From assembly GCA_050945315.1 (NCBI GenBank), contig JBMNSS010000001.1, positions 1,620-65,619 on the forward strand: a DNA stretch of 64,000 nucleotides, in the 5' to 3' direction. The notes beneath the pieces were generated by a model, which ran no database searches, was not told where the DNA came from, and saw nothing but the letters and a program-made list of their open reading frames with translations. Origin of the DNA: Limnochordia bacterium. GTDB taxonomy: Bacteria > Bacillota > Limnochordia > DTU080. Shown here one piece after another: positions 37,001-46,663 of this stretch. Position 1 is the stretch's first letter; each line of letters opens with the position of its first letter. A program made the translations under genes and the position numbers.

Positions 37001-37186
37001 ACCATCTTTGGCTTGATACCTCTTGCGTTGGGCTACGGAGAAGGGACCGAGTTGCAGAGACCATTGGCCATCGCCTATATGGGAGGAATGGTCTTTTCGA
37101 CACTGCTTACTCTGTTTCTCGTCCCCTCCGCCTATCGTCTGCTCACGCTTCGTCGGGCTGAGACTCCGAGTCAGGAGACTCTGTGA
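34043..37186 (+). CDS. RND-superfamily efflux transporter permease (AcrB/SwrC-like)
   Basis: 1047 aa with 12 TM helices, two large periplasmic loops and an AcrB-family internal repeat. Confidence 0.9.
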   Translation: MSISQTVVRRPVAVAMGVAVILLLGILSLTRLELDLLPNLSLPIVGVITVYPGAAPSAVEGDITTPMEAAVATVSGLKSLESYSMENASVIVANFGWGVDSMQAINDIKTQLATVTHLLPADAMEPVVTNVDPRMLPVMKIGVTGLDDITALTKAAEEHLIGRIEQIPGVARVGLAAGVRPEISVFFDTEALRASNTPPAMLYELLRQQNALIPAGVLEDNSVRYHVRVGNPLSSVEEIRDLVIGEKKTAGVEAVGLAALIPQMLFLKDVATVVEGTSPQESYARVDGEPAVILQVYKQSGAGSVSVSRAVRSALAELNQDMDHEIQLWVVGDQSEFIIDALNNVRDAAIVGAVLAVAVLLLFLRSLRSILVVAISIPLSIVAALIMMYASDLTLNLLSMGGLALGIGSLVDNSIVVLESIMRHRQQGLSAQKAAEIGTSKVALAISAGTVTTVVVFLPLAFLESTAGRWFRDTALTVTFSLLASMLVAVTVVPAAAGRFLRKPLRHTADETSFGWIERLKERYLRSLSRLLNRPVWLWALALVMVVAGLSAPRYMPLELLPSVDGGAINATLTMPAGTPIRVTNGVAGQIEKTVTQIEDVISVWSQLGQDSDDVVQLFYGTGPHVAKMQFLLQPRMQRERSIGDIADEIRQAVEGIDLLGGHLSISTERMTDALGEAFSPGVTIQVSGKDLDALETQADRIAQGLKDAGGFTEITTSVDQRQPELLFTVDRTKALLGSMTTNVVGITLRGALSGLEATRIQRNGESIPVVLRAKPEEVDGIEALLQMSIQGVSGTGQDPVPAVRFGRVATAEETTGPVTIQHVDRVRTVTVHARLDGIDLSEAKRRVSDIIDGLEVPAQIGVRLAGVHDTIQEAVDELTWVLMLAILLVYMVMAAQFESLLYPLIVMIAVPLGLGGGLVCLWISGQSIGVSGLMGLIVLTGVVVNNGIVMVDAANQARRDGADLDQAVLMAAEQRLRPILMTSLTTIFGLIPLALGYGEGTELQRPLAIAYMGGMVFSTLLTLFLVPSAYRLLTLRRAETPSQETL

Positions 37187-37261
37187 GCGGTCTGAACGCA
37201 TTCACGGCACCGTAGAGAATGTCTGCGGGACAGATGTCGACTCTCACCGTGAGGTGTGCAC

Positions 37262-38233
37262 ATGGATGTCTTCTTAGCTGTCGATGGCGGCGGTACGAAT
37301 ACGCGTTGCGTGATCGCCAGCGATGCGTCAGATTTTCTGGTCAGCGTCAGCGGTGGCCCCACTGCGATCGCGCACGGTTTGGATGCAGCGCTGACCGCCT
37401 TGTTGGCAGTCGTGGAAAAGGCTCTCAACGAGGCGGTCAGTCAACAACAAGGGCATGATACGACTCCTGTTGTTCTGCAGGGGGCCTGTCTTGGCGTCAG
37501 TGGCATCAGCACGACTGATGCCGGTCTAAAAGTCCAACAGGCCCTGGTGCGTTTTCTGCAAGAACGCGGACACCCACTTCCGCCGTGGGCCGTCCGCGTT
37601 GTGTCTGACAGTGAGATCGCCTTAGTCGGAGCCTTGAGCGGCAGACCCGGGATCGTACTTATCGTAGGAACCGGAGCCACAGCGGTGGGACGAGATCCCC
37701 AGGGAGCGTTTTTTCGCGCTGATGGGTGGGGATGGCTACTTGGAGATGCCGGAAGCGGCTATGCCATCGGACGCTCCGCATTGCGCTCCGCTTTTGCCGG
37801 TCTTGACGGAAGAAAAGCCGAGACGCGTCTGATCTCGGCCATCCCGGCCCACTTCGGTGTCACGCGTCTTGAAGACATAGTACCCCATGTCTATTTTGAA
37901 GCATGGCCTCCGGCGAAGATCGCCACCCTCACTCCGTTGGTGGCCCGGCTCGCTGATGAAGGAGATGCGATAAGTAGGCAAATACTGTCTGAAGCGGGTG
38001 TGGCACTGGCTGAGTCCGTGTGTGCCGTGAGACGACGCCTCACGTTCGGACCACATGTGGATGTCAGCTATCAGGGCAGCGTCATCCGAAAGATCCCCTT
38101 GATTCGTCAAATCCTACATGACACTCTCCGCCAAGAAGCACCAGGCTCCAGACTGATCGCTCCTGAGCGGGAACCAATAGAGGGCGCTCTGTTACTCGCT
38201 CGAGAGGTTATGCCGGCGGGATATCAGGGGTAA
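37262..38233 (+). CDS. BadF/BadG/BcrA/BcrD-type ATPase (N-acetylglucosamine-kinase-like)
   Basis: DVFLAVDGGGTNTRCV phosphate-1 motif, GTGA...G adenosine motif. Confidence 0.75.
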   Translation: MDVFLAVDGGGTNTRCVIASDASDFLVSVSGGPTAIAHGLDAALTALLAVVEKALNEAVSQQQGHDTTPVVLQGACLGVSGISTTDAGLKVQQALVRFLQERGHPLPPWAVRVVSDSEIALVGALSGRPGIVLIVGTGATAVGRDPQGAFFRADGWGWLLGDAGSGYAIGRSALRSAFAGLDGRKAETRLISAIPAHFGVTRLEDIVPHVYFEAWPPAKIATLTPLVARLADEGDAISRQILSEAGVALAESVCAVRRRLTFGPHVDVSYQGSVIRKIPLIRQILHDTLRQEAPGSRLIAPEREPIEGALLLAREVMPAGYQG

Positions 38234-39527
38234 ACGGCATCGACAACTCTCCCGCCGCGCTGAATTGCCAGGGCGTGGGTCTGCTCAATGTCTCTATGTC
38301 AGGGCGTTGCCGCAACTCCTCCCATACAGCGATCGATACAAACATCTGATCCAGTTCCAGAGTGCTCGACACGCGTATGATGCGGGCCGCTTCAGTATCC
38401 GGTTGCCAGGCACACCGCAGGCCGACCTCTATGGCCTCGCGATCTGTGGGCATGGAAACAGGCAGACGGGCGCGTTCTAAGAAGGTTGAGGTAACAGTGT
38501 TGATGTAGGTGGTCTTTTCATCAATCTTTGCCCGCAGACGCTCCGTAATGACATCTGCCAGTCCAACACCCGTCGCGTTGCCATGAGATGCGGCAGAAAG
38601 ATCCAGGACCACTACACGGCTGATGCGGGGTGACTCGAAGTCGGCTTCCCCCGCTATGCCGAGACGCCCAATGACATTGGTATCCATCCCGGATCCACTG
38701 ATGTCTTTTCCCATCTTGTCTACCACTAACAGATCAAGTTGTTCTACGGGTAAGCGAGCCATATGAGCCCGGGCCAGGTTCATAAGCTCTTTTTCGCCTT
38801 CGGGAAGGTGGTCCGCATCCAGCGCCCGAATGATCGCCGGCCGGCCAGAAGCGTTTTCGATGATGGCGATACTGGGCAACACATTGACTTGGCTGAGGAT
38901 CATTTTGGCGGCCTCGGGCACCATTTCTTTGAGTCCTCGAACCCCGTAGGCATGGATCGCCTGGGCTCCGCGAGCTTTGCCAAGACCAATAACCAGCATT
39001 TTGATCAGTCCGCTGCCCAAATCCCCTGCAAAATCCGTATGCGGTTTTACTCGATTGACGAGTACTACACCGTCCATTTCCATGGCTTGGCGGGCGAAAC
39101 AGACAGGCGGTCCGCCGGGAATCGTCCCCAACTCTACGACGTCCATGCTCGCCATGATAGGCGCGCCCATGCTTTGTTCTGTAATGCTCGCCTCAGCCAA
39201 GACGGCTGTCTGCCCTTCACTGGTGGCACCACCGTGACTGCCCATGGCGGGAATGATAACGGGATCAGCTCCCACTGTCTTTAGGGCGTCTATGACCCCC
39301 TTCACGACATGCGCATAGGAGCCGATACCTCGGGATCCGCAAGCCACGGCAATTCGGTCCCCGGGATTTACCTTGGCGGCAATCCCCGCCTGACGCAGTG
39401 CCTCACCGGCAACCGCCTCGGGATTGTCCACATGTGTTGCTGCGTTGTGATGCTGTCCGATCCTCACCATGGGAGGCAGCTGAATCTCACTCATCGTGGG
39501 AGCGACATCCTTTCTGAACCCGGTCAT
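38208..39527 (-). CDS. LarA-like (DUF2088, lactate-racemase family) protein, putative
   Basis: RIAVACGSRG...IIPAMGSHGG...KPHTDFAG...GSG pattern loosely parallels LarA. The 3' end overlaps the convergent BadF gene by 26 nt. Confidence 0.45.
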   Translation of the reverse strand: MTGFRKDVAPTMSEIQLPPMVRIGQHHNAATHVDNPEAVAGEALRQAGIAAKVNPGDRIAVACGSRGIGSYAHVVKGVIDALKTVGADPVIIPAMGSHGGATSEGQTAVLAEASITEQSMGAPIMASMDVVELGTIPGGPPVCFARQAMEMDGVVLVNRVKPHTDFAGDLGSGLIKMLVIGLGKARGAQAIHAYGVRGLKEMVPEAAKMILSQVNVLPSIAIIENASGRPAIIRALDADHLPEGEKELMNLARAHMARLPVEQLDLLVVDKMGKDISGSGMDTNVIGRLGIAGEADFESPRISRVVVLDLSAASHGNATGVGLADVITERLRAKIDEKTTYINTVTSTFLERARLPVSMPTDREAIEVGLRCAWQPDTEAARIIRVSSTLELDQMFVSIAVWEELRQRPDIETLSRPTPWQFSAAGELSMPFTPDIPPA

Positions 39528-39831
39528 TGTGTAGACGGCGACGGCAATCTGCTATCTCTCTTGTAAGCATGTCCAATTGTCTGCCCAGGGCATCCAACAC
39601 ACGCAGGTCCATACTCTCTTGCTCCTGGCACCATGCTCCCAAGAAACTCAGGCATTCAGATAACCACCTTTGAGTCTCCTCGAGAGTTGTCGCACTCCCA
39701 TGCATCCTCGGTGCAACATCCACCAGTCTTGGCCGGTGGACAACGTGGCAAGCGCAGTAGGGGCACCGTTCCGTCTTACCTTCCTGATATAGGGTTCGAA
39801 ATGATCCCAGGCACTGCGGACATATGATCAT
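39487..39831 (-). CDS. hypothetical Zn-ribbon protein
   Basis: CPQC...CPYC; start uncertain (the ORF could extend to 39969); it lies upstream of, and overlaps, the LarA-like gene. Confidence 0.35.
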   Translation of the reverse strand: MIICPQCLGSFRTLYQEGKTERCPYCACHVVHRPRLVDVAPRMHGSATTLEETQRWLSECLSFLGAWCQEQESMDLRVLDALGRQLDMLTREIADCRRRLHNDRVQKGCRSHDE

Positions 39832-40016
39832 TCTCAACGATACTGCACCTCGGACTCTTGGTCTCGGCAAATATCGACTCTTCTCGGACTCTGGTACAGT
39901 GCCAGCATACCATGACGCAACCTCAGCGAAAAGGGCGGACTTCGCATGCCCGCATCTCAGATACCCCATACTATCCTGAGAAGCATCTACAGGTTGAGTC
40001 TTGGGAGGCGAGCTGC

Positions 40017-42392
40017 ATGAGGTGGTGGCGTGTTTTCAGGACTCTCGCGCTGCTGCTTCTCATCCCGGTCGTCGCCTGGATCGCAGTGGCTGCAGTACGC
40101 GTGATGCAGCTTGATCCTGAGGCTGAATGGGAGGCTGCCACACTCTTCGATCGCAACGGTGAGCCGATCGCCGTACTGGGCACCAAGAAGCAGGCCTTTA
40201 CCCCTCTGACGGAGATTTCTGCCGAGATGCAACAGGCCATTGTGGCCATTGAGGACAGCCGTTTTTTCCTGCACCCGGGTTTTGACCTCAAGGGGGTGGT
40301 TCGCGCTCTGTGGGTGGACCTCAAGACTGGCCGACGTGCTCAAGGAGCCAGCACCATCACTCAGCAGTTGGTCAGAGTGCTGTATCTGTCACCGGAAAAG
40401 ACGATACAAAGAAAGCTCAGCGAAGTAGTATTGGCCGTATTGCTCGAAATACGCTTCTCGAAGAGTCGCATCTTGGAGATATACCTGAATACGATCTACT
40501 TTGGCGAAGGCGCTCATGGCATTGCCGACGCTGCCCTTACTTATTTCGGAAAGCAGCCATCAGAGTTGACCCTTTCTGATGCGGCTCTTCTTGCCGGACT
40601 TCCTAAAGCGCCCTCTACACTCAGTCCGTATCGGAATCCTGAGGGGGCACTCTCCCGTCGGAACCTTGTTCTGGATCGGATGGCCGAGCTCGGTTATATT
40701 ACGCCGCAACAAGCCGCCACAGCCAAGGATGAATCCCTAGATCTGGCCGGACTGCGCGGTGGTTTAGCCCCCTACTTCGTCGATTATGTTGCCTCTCAGC
40801 TCATTGAGAGCTACGGTGCTGCGGCGGTTCATCGCGGAGGCCTGCGCGTGCACACCACGCTTGACTTGAAGATGCAAAAAGCGGCGCGGAATGCTTTGGG
40901 GCAGACACAAGGAGCTATTGTAGCCATCGACGTGACGGACGGTGCAATTCGTAGCATGGTAGGCGGGCGAGACTACGTGGAGAGCCAGTTTAACCGAGCG
41001 ACGCAGGCCGTTCGCCAGCCAGGATCAGCCTTTAAACCTTTTGTTTATGCTGTAGCTTTGGAGAGAGGGCTGCCCATGAATCACCTGCTTGTAGATCATC
41101 CGGGAGACTTCAATGGCTATCGTCCGGAGAATTTCAAGGGGGAGTATTGGGGTACGGTGACGCTCAAATTCGCGTTGACTCGTTCGCTTAATACCGCCTC
41201 GGTACGGCTCTTGCGATACGTCGGCGTTGATGCTGCCATAGAGATGGCACAAAGATTGGGTATCAGCACCCTGCTTCTCCCCGATGATCGGAATCTCGCT
41301 TTAGTGTTAGGCGGTTTGACAAAGGGGGTGACGCCTTTGGAAATGACCGCTGCCTACGCTGTTTTCGCCAACGGCGGCTTCTACAACAAACCATATGCCA
41401 TTGAGAAGGTCTACGATGCCCGAGGTCGTCTCATTTTTCGTCATCGGGCTCATCCGCGGCGAGTACTAAGTGAAGAAGTGGCGTATCTAATGACAAACAT
41501 GTTGCAGTCGGTAGTAGAGTACGGAACGGGTACGGCGGCTAATATCGGTCGCCCGCAGGCAGGCAAGACCGGCACGACGAATAACACTTTGAGTGCCTGG
41601 TTTGCAGGTTACACACCGCAATTGGCAGCGACCGTATATGTCGGCCATGACACTCGCCAACCCCTTAATATGGGTGGGGGCAGTCTTGCCGCTCCCATTT
41701 GGGCCAAGTTCGCGATGGATGCTTTAAGCGACGAGCCTGTGCTCGGCTTTCCTGTACCGATGGGTATTCAAACCAACGTTACGGTCGATCCTTTTACCGG
41801 CAGGATTGCGGGCGAAAAATGCAACCTGCAAGAGCGCTCTGCCTTTCTCCCAGGTACTTTGCCCACCCAATTCGCCCCTTGCTATTGGAATGCTGCAGCT
41901 CAACCCAAACCCTATCGCGTCGGTGCGGGCGATTCGCCCCAGGCCCTCACTCATTGGCCCGGAGGCTTATTCGGTGACGATCCGATGTCATTGCCAACGG
42001 GCCTGCTCTACCCGCTGGATTTCATGGAAGCACCCACTCCCCCGCTTCTGCAATTCGAATCCCAGCCTTTGTTGCCAACGGAAGAGGCGAGCAAGAGCGA
42101 AGAAGTATCGGCTCCGTTGATTCCCCGTGCCGCGTTGTCACCCGAGCCTCCTACGGTTACACAACCGCGCCCTCGATCGAATGAGCCTCAACCCGCTGTT
42201 GACACCCCTGCGTCGGAGTCAGTGATGGATGTTGCCGTTGAGGTATCGGACGGTGTAGTCAATGCGGCCGTTACCGACAACTCTGATCGGGAGACAACTG
42301 CTGAGGAGGATCATGACGCCGAAGAAGATGAAGATGATTATAATGATGACAACAATGATAAAGATGAAGTGTTAGAGGAGGCAGAGCTCTGA
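40017..42392 (+). CDS. class A penicillin-binding protein (transglycosylase + transpeptidase), PBP1A
   Basis: N-terminal TM anchor; GT51 motifs (EDSRFFLHPGFD, RKL...IYLNTIYFG); transpeptidase motifs SAFKPF, SLN and KTGT. GGGAGG Shine-Dalgarno before the ATG at 40017. Long acidic C-terminal tail. Confidence 0.9.
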   Translation: MRWWRVFRTLALLLLIPVVAWIAVAAVRVMQLDPEAEWEAATLFDRNGEPIAVLGTKKQAFTPLTEISAEMQQAIVAIEDSRFFLHPGFDLKGVVRALWVDLKTGRRAQGASTITQQLVRVLYLSPEKTIQRKLSEVVLAVLLEIRFSKSRILEIYLNTIYFGEGAHGIADAALTYFGKQPSELTLSDAALLAGLPKAPSTLSPYRNPEGALSRRNLVLDRMAELGYITPQQAATAKDESLDLAGLRGGLAPYFVDYVASQLIESYGAAAVHRGGLRVHTTLDLKMQKAARNALGQTQGAIVAIDVTDGAIRSMVGGRDYVESQFNRATQAVRQPGSAFKPFVYAVALERGLPMNHLLVDHPGDFNGYRPENFKGEYWGTVTLKFALTRSLNTASVRLLRYVGVDAAIEMAQRLGISTLLLPDDRNLALVLGGLTKGVTPLEMTAAYAVFANGGFYNKPYAIEKVYDARGRLIFRHRAHPRRVLSEEVAYLMTNMLQSVVEYGTGTAANIGRPQAGKTGTTNNTLSAWFAGYTPQLAATVYVGHDTRQPLNMGGGSLAAPIWAKFAMDALSDEPVLGFPVPMGIQTNVTVDPFTGRIAGEKCNLQERSAFLPGTLPTQFAPCYWNAAAQPKPYRVGAGDSPQALTHWPGGLFGDDPMSLPTGLLYPLDFMEAPTPPLLQFESQPLLPTEEASKSEEVSAPLIPRAALSPEPPTVTQPRPRSNEPQPAVDTPASESVMDVAVEVSDGVVNAAVTDNSDRETTAEEDHDAEEDEDDYNDDNNDKDEVLEEAEL

Positions 42393-42394
42393 CC

Positions 42395-43501
42395 TCAAGC
42401 TTCAGCCGCTGTCTCGATTCGTAGTCTGGCGCCGGTAAGCTGCCCAATGGGATCGGCAATGAAGTCCTGTAAGATATGACATGCCGCCCCGATCAACTCG
42501 GCCTCTTGGCCAAGCTCTGAGGTGCGAAAAACGACCTGTTGATACACTTCTTTCTGTTGATTGATTACATCGCAATTCATGAGAACCGCCAGAAGCTCGG
42601 GCAACTGACTCACATTGGATCCGCCTACCACGACCGCTTCCGGATCGTATAGCCCCATAGCGAGGGCTATGGTCACGGCCAGACTCTCCAATGACTCCGG
42701 GGATAGAGGAGCGTCCGCCGTGGGTGGGCAGTCCCGTGGGCATTGGAGCTTCGGAAGAAGACCCGACAAGCCGTGTGTCCCCCGATACAGTCGTCGTTCC
42801 GTCACCAGAGCCACGGACCAGGGATGATCCACTGAGACGAATGCCATCGACGACAGCTCACGTCCCACCCCATACCACGCCTCAGCCAGAGCGCATGCGC
42901 GCACCGGCAGATCAACCTTAACCGGGATCTGCAGATCATCCGACAGACCATGGGTCAGGTTGGCATGTGAGGGCGAAACGATGCAGAATCCTACCAGGGG
43001 TTGCCCCTGGATAGCCGCGAAGTCGACCAGGCGCTTAGCCAGTTGTTCACAAGCCCGCGATGCATCGGTGTAGGGTTCATCCACATGCCAACGCACTTGG
43101 GCCGTCAAATTGAGCAGAGCCCCTTGGATGCGGCTTTGTCCCACCGAAAGAGCTCCCAGCCAACAGGCATCCGCGTTCAGACGAAGAAGCGTACGTCTGC
43201 GCCCGCCTTGTGATGCGACACTGCCTGACTCACGAACAAGCCCATGGTGGATGAGTTCGTTGACGAGATTGGTGATGGTGGAGGAGGTTAAACCCGTTAG
43301 GGAAGAGATAGCGATGCGAGATATGGGTTCGAGACGAATAATGGTTTCCAAAACCGTAGACAGATTTCTGGATTTTACATGCGTCAGGTTTTGCCCTTTT
43401 CGAATTCCATTCAAGATTGCACCTGCTTCTTCCGCTACTGTCTTCCTCGCGCCATTTTCAAGGGCCCGGGGATCGCCCGGGCCCGATAGTTCCATGGTCA
43501 T
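42395..43501 (-). CDS. ROK-family transcriptional regulator (NagC/XylR-like)
   Basis: N-terminal wHTH (SRIAISSLTGLTSSTITNLVNELIHHGLV) plus a ROK sugar-kinase-like domain; start uncertain. Confidence 0.7.
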   Translation of the reverse strand: MTMELSGPGDPRALENGARKTVAEEAGAILNGIRKGQNLTHVKSRNLSTVLETIIRLEPISRIAISSLTGLTSSTITNLVNELIHHGLVRESGSVASQGGRRRTLLRLNADACWLGALSVGQSRIQGALLNLTAQVRWHVDEPYTDASRACEQLAKRLVDFAAIQGQPLVGFCIVSPSHANLTHGLSDDLQIPVKVDLPVRACALAEAWYGVGRELSSMAFVSVDHPWSVALVTERRLYRGTHGLSGLLPKLQCPRDCPPTADAPLSPESLESLAVTIALAMGLYDPEAVVVGGSNVSQLPELLAVLMNCDVINQQKEVYQQVVFRTSELGQEAELIGAACHILQDFIADPIGQLTGARLRIETAAEA

Positions 43502-43514
43502 GATGCTGACTTGA

Positions 43515-43916
43515 TCAACGCTTGGAGAACTGAGGTGCCTTACGGGCTTTCTTAAGACCGTATTTGACACGCTCCTTCATCCGCGGATCGCGAGTAAGCA
43601 GTCCTGCGTGCTTGAGAGGTTTGCGATATTCCTCATCGACCTCTAGCAAGGCTCGCGCGATGCCGTGTCGTACGGCTCCTGCCTGACCCGCCAGTCCTCC
43701 GCCATGCACTCTAACAATGACATCGTAACGACCTTCTACCTCAGCGACCTGCAAGGGGGTGCGTACGACCAATTGCAGAGTGGGACGACCGAAGTAGTCC
43801 TCCAACTCCCGACCATTGATCAGGATGCGGCCACTGCCGGGCTTGATTCTGACACGTGCGACCGCTTTCTTGCGGCGTCCGGAAGCAGAATAATGATCAA
43901 CTACAGGTACCGCCAA
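43515..43916 (-). CDS. rpsI: 30S ribosomal protein S9
   Basis: [23 protein letters not shown]...[11 protein letters not shown]. Confidence 0.95.
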   Translation of the reverse strand: MAVPVVDHYSASGRRKKAVARVRIKPGSGRILINGRELEDYFGRPTLQLVVRTPLQVAEVEGRYDVIVRVHGGGLAGQAGAVRHGIARALLEVDEEYRKPLKHAGLLTRDPRMKERVKYGLKKARKAPQFSKR

Positions 43917-43922
43917 AATCTG

Positions 43923-44366
43923 TTACCTCCCCTCGGCCACCAAAGGTTGCGGTTTTTGTGCTTCATGTGGATGATCGGGTCCGACGTATACTTTCAATTT
44001 CTTCAACTGCCGCCGGCCCAGAGAATTGTGCGGAAGCATTCCCCGCACCGCCAGCTCTACCATCTTTTCCGGATGCTTGGCCAGCATACTGGATGCTGGC
44101 ACCGCCTTCAATCCTCCCGGATGCTGGCTATGTCTATAGTAGAGCTTCTTCTCCAACTTATTTCCGCTGAGTTCCACCTTATCAGCGTTTATGACGATGA
44201 CATAGTCACCGCAGTCAATATGCGGCGTATATTCCGGCTTATGCTTACCTCGCAACACATTGGCCACTTGAGTAGCCAAGCGACCAAGTCGTTGACCGGC
44301 AGCATCGATCACATACCATGTCTTCTCCAGATCAGCTTCCTTCGCCATGAAGGTCCGCTGCTGCAT
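43923..44366 (-). CDS. rplM: 50S ribosomal protein L13
   Basis: [35 protein letters not shown]; start at the ATG preceded by GGGAGG. Confidence 0.95.
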   Translation of the reverse strand: MQQRTFMAKEADLEKTWYVIDAAGQRLGRLATQVANVLRGKHKPEYTPHIDCGDYVIVINADKVELSGNKLEKKLYYRHSQHPGGLKAVPASSMLAKHPEKMVELAVRGMLPHNSLGRRQLKKLKVYVGPDHPHEAQKPQPLVAEGR

Positions 44367-44494
44367 GCGCCATCCTCCCAAAGCTAGGCAGATATCTTGC
44401 CTATATGGTACACGTACTTCACGTCAAGCTCGGTGGAGGCGGCCAGCGGGGAGACCGTCATCCTCGTTGCTTGCGCTATAGGAAACCACAGATC

Positions 44495-44523
44495 ATTGTA
44501 AAACAATAACCCTAGCTAGTCAA
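44495..44523 (-). promoter_or_regulatory. putative sigma-A promoter of rplM-rpsI with a ~120-nt leader
   Basis: Minus strand: TTGACT, 17 nt, TACAAT. The long 5' leader before the rplM Shine-Dalgarno is consistent with an L13-leader autoregulatory element. Confidence 0.45.
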
Positions 44524-44575
44524 GCCTGTCGACAACTCTCCTTCGATTTGCCCCATATGTCGGTAAGCACGGATG

Positions 44576-45880
44576 TCAAGACAGCTTCCTGAGCAGTCTA
44601 ACGGAAGCGGCAACAATAAGATCTCCGGCCTCGGGTGCGGAGCGGCTGCCGCGACACAGAGTAGGCTCATAGCCGCCTTTTTCAATGGCCTCAGCCGTAG
44701 GTACGTAGCCGATGTTGCCATTGGCCAACGAGACCACCATCGTTGCCGGAAACGGCGAGTTCTGCTTGATGTCCAGCCCAAGGGCACAGAACTTCTGACC
44801 CGGACTTGATGCGATCGCCAATCCACCCAGACGCAAACAGATGATCTCACAGCGCGCCGTCCCATGCTCTTCTATGTACTCCTGCAGCTGCAATCGTTCG
44901 CGGGCAAAGACAACCTCGCGAGAGTAATCGTCGGGCGAAGCCGCCTGTACTGTGATTCTGTCTTGTGCCAGTTGCTCTACGTCGGGCTTGCGGAACGGGA
45001 TGTCGATTATCTCTGAGGCGACCTCCAAGGGTGTATCATCGGCGAAAGGCATATCGGCCAGCAGTTTTAGCGATTCACCGGTCAGCTTGCTTGCAAAGCG
45101 TCTGATCACCGGCTCTCCCTTCTGCGGGTGCGCAAAACCCTTATCGCGATTGACTTGCGTGACATCTCCCATGGCTCCGTTCAAAAAGACCAAGGGTGCT
45201 CCTGTGACGTGCTGAAGCTGATCGCTCCAGGCACCCGGGTAGTCAGCGGAAAAGGCTCTGCCTCCCCTCAGGGTGCAGTGACAGGTGAAATTGCCTACAA
45301 AACCGAGCATATGTCCATCAAGATCACGTGCGGCCAGCAAGATCACTTGTGGATCATCAGGACCGGCACGCCCGATGACCGCCTCGTCGTCAGGATTCGC
45401 ATGAGTAGCATGAGTGCCGTCTTTCAGCACCCAACGACGATTCCAGGCCAAACCCGATGCCTCTCCTACCGCCCACCCCAACTCACAGGGCACACATCTC
45501 GCATGAGCCAGGGCAACGGCGCTTGCGATCTGTTGGATAATATGCTGTCTGTAGTGATCGTTTGAATCCGTGCCCAGTACGTCGTTGGCCGGTCCTCCGG
45601 TGTGCGTGTGACTGGCGGCAATGACGATATTGGCACTCGGAACAGCGCACAGAGCTTCCGCTTGTTGACGAGCCTCAAGCACGTCTTCAGTCGACAAAGA
45701 GACCGCATCAACACCAACGATAGCCAAAGCTGTGTCCTCGTTACGAATCACTGCAGCACGGGCTCGCAGAGGATCGTTTACACCGGTTGAAGCGATGGGA
45801 GAGAAACCACCGGGAATATGAGCACCTACTGGCGGGGTTATGTCGGTAACGGCAAAACCTGCCTCAATCATCAATATCAC
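44576..45880 (-). CDS. neutral/alkaline ceramidase-like N-terminal-domain protein
   Basis: N-terminal block GAHIPGGFSPIASTGVNDPLRARAAVI...IVIAASHTHTGGP typical of the Ceramidase_alk family; translationally coupled to truA (ATGA overlap). Confidence 0.65.
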   Translation of the reverse strand: MILMIEAGFAVTDITPPVGAHIPGGFSPIASTGVNDPLRARAAVIRNEDTALAIVGVDAVSLSTEDVLEARQQAEALCAVPSANIVIAASHTHTGGPANDVLGTDSNDHYRQHIIQQIASAVALAHARCVPCELGWAVGEASGLAWNRRWVLKDGTHATHANPDDEAVIGRAGPDDPQVILLAARDLDGHMLGFVGNFTCHCTLRGGRAFSADYPGAWSDQLQHVTGAPLVFLNGAMGDVTQVNRDKGFAHPQKGEPVIRRFASKLTGESLKLLADMPFADDTPLEVASEIIDIPFRKPDVEQLAQDRITVQAASPDDYSREVVFARERLQLQEYIEEHGTARCEIICLRLGGLAIASSPGQKFCALGLDIKQNSPFPATMVVSLANGNIGYVPTAEAIEKGGYEPTLCRGSRSAPEAGDLIVAASVRLLRKLS

Positions 45881-46650
45881 CTCGCGGGATCGTTGTTGTG
45901 TGTGTCTGCGTCATCATAGACGACCTCCAGAAGACACAGCCCCAATCCGGGCACCGTCGGACCTGCCAAGTGACGCTGTCCGCTCATGAGGACTTCCTTA
46001 ACCCATTTCGGTGGTTGTTTGGACTTCCCTACCTCCAAGAGCGTGCCGACAATAATGCGCATCATATTGTACAGGAAGCCATCAGCACACGCCGTTATGT
46101 GGATCATGTCTCCGCAGCGCTCAACTCGCAATTCATACAGGGTGCGGACGGTAGTCTCCACTTCGCTGCCCACCGAACGAAAGGCCGCAAAATCATGCTT
46201 TCCTTCGAGCCATGAGGCGGCCTCAGACATAGCTTTGACATCGAGAGTACGATACACTCGATAAGCATAGCGTCGCATAAAGACGCAAGGCACGGGTCCG
46301 TTGTCAATCACATATTGATAGCGTTTCTTCGTCGCCCAGTATTGAGAGTGAAAATCAGGATGTACGACGCTGGCATCACGTACTACTATGTCTCGTGCCA
46401 ATACAGAATTGAGTGCGTGAGGCCAGCGTTCAACGGGGATCGTCCCGGATGTACGTATGTTGATGACTTGGCCCAGAGCGTGCACCCCGGCATCTGTACG
46501 CCCGGCGCCGATGACCCGCAAGCGTTCTCCGGTCAGTTTGTGGATTGCGGTCTCCAGTGACCTTTGAACAGTCGGCACATCGGGCCCTTGATCTTGAAAA
46601 CCGTGATAGGCGGTCCCATCATATGAGAGTGTCATCTTTATGTTGCGCAT
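45877..46650 (-). CDS. truA: tRNA pseudouridine(38-40) synthase
   Basis: MTLSYDGTAYHGFQ...RTDAGVHALGQV (catalytic Asp). Confidence 0.9.
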   Translation of the reverse strand: MRNIKMTLSYDGTAYHGFQDQGPDVPTVQRSLETAIHKLTGERLRVIGAGRTDAGVHALGQVINIRTSGTIPVERWPHALNSVLARDIVVRDASVVHPDFHSQYWATKKRYQYVIDNGPVPCVFMRRYAYRVYRTLDVKAMSEAASWLEGKHDFAAFRSVGSEVETTVRTLYELRVERCGDMIHITACADGFLYNMMRIIVGTLLEVGKSKQPPKWVKEVLMSGQRHLAGPTVPGLGLCLLEVVYDDADTHNNDPAR

Positions 46651-46663
46651 CAGCATCACCTAC

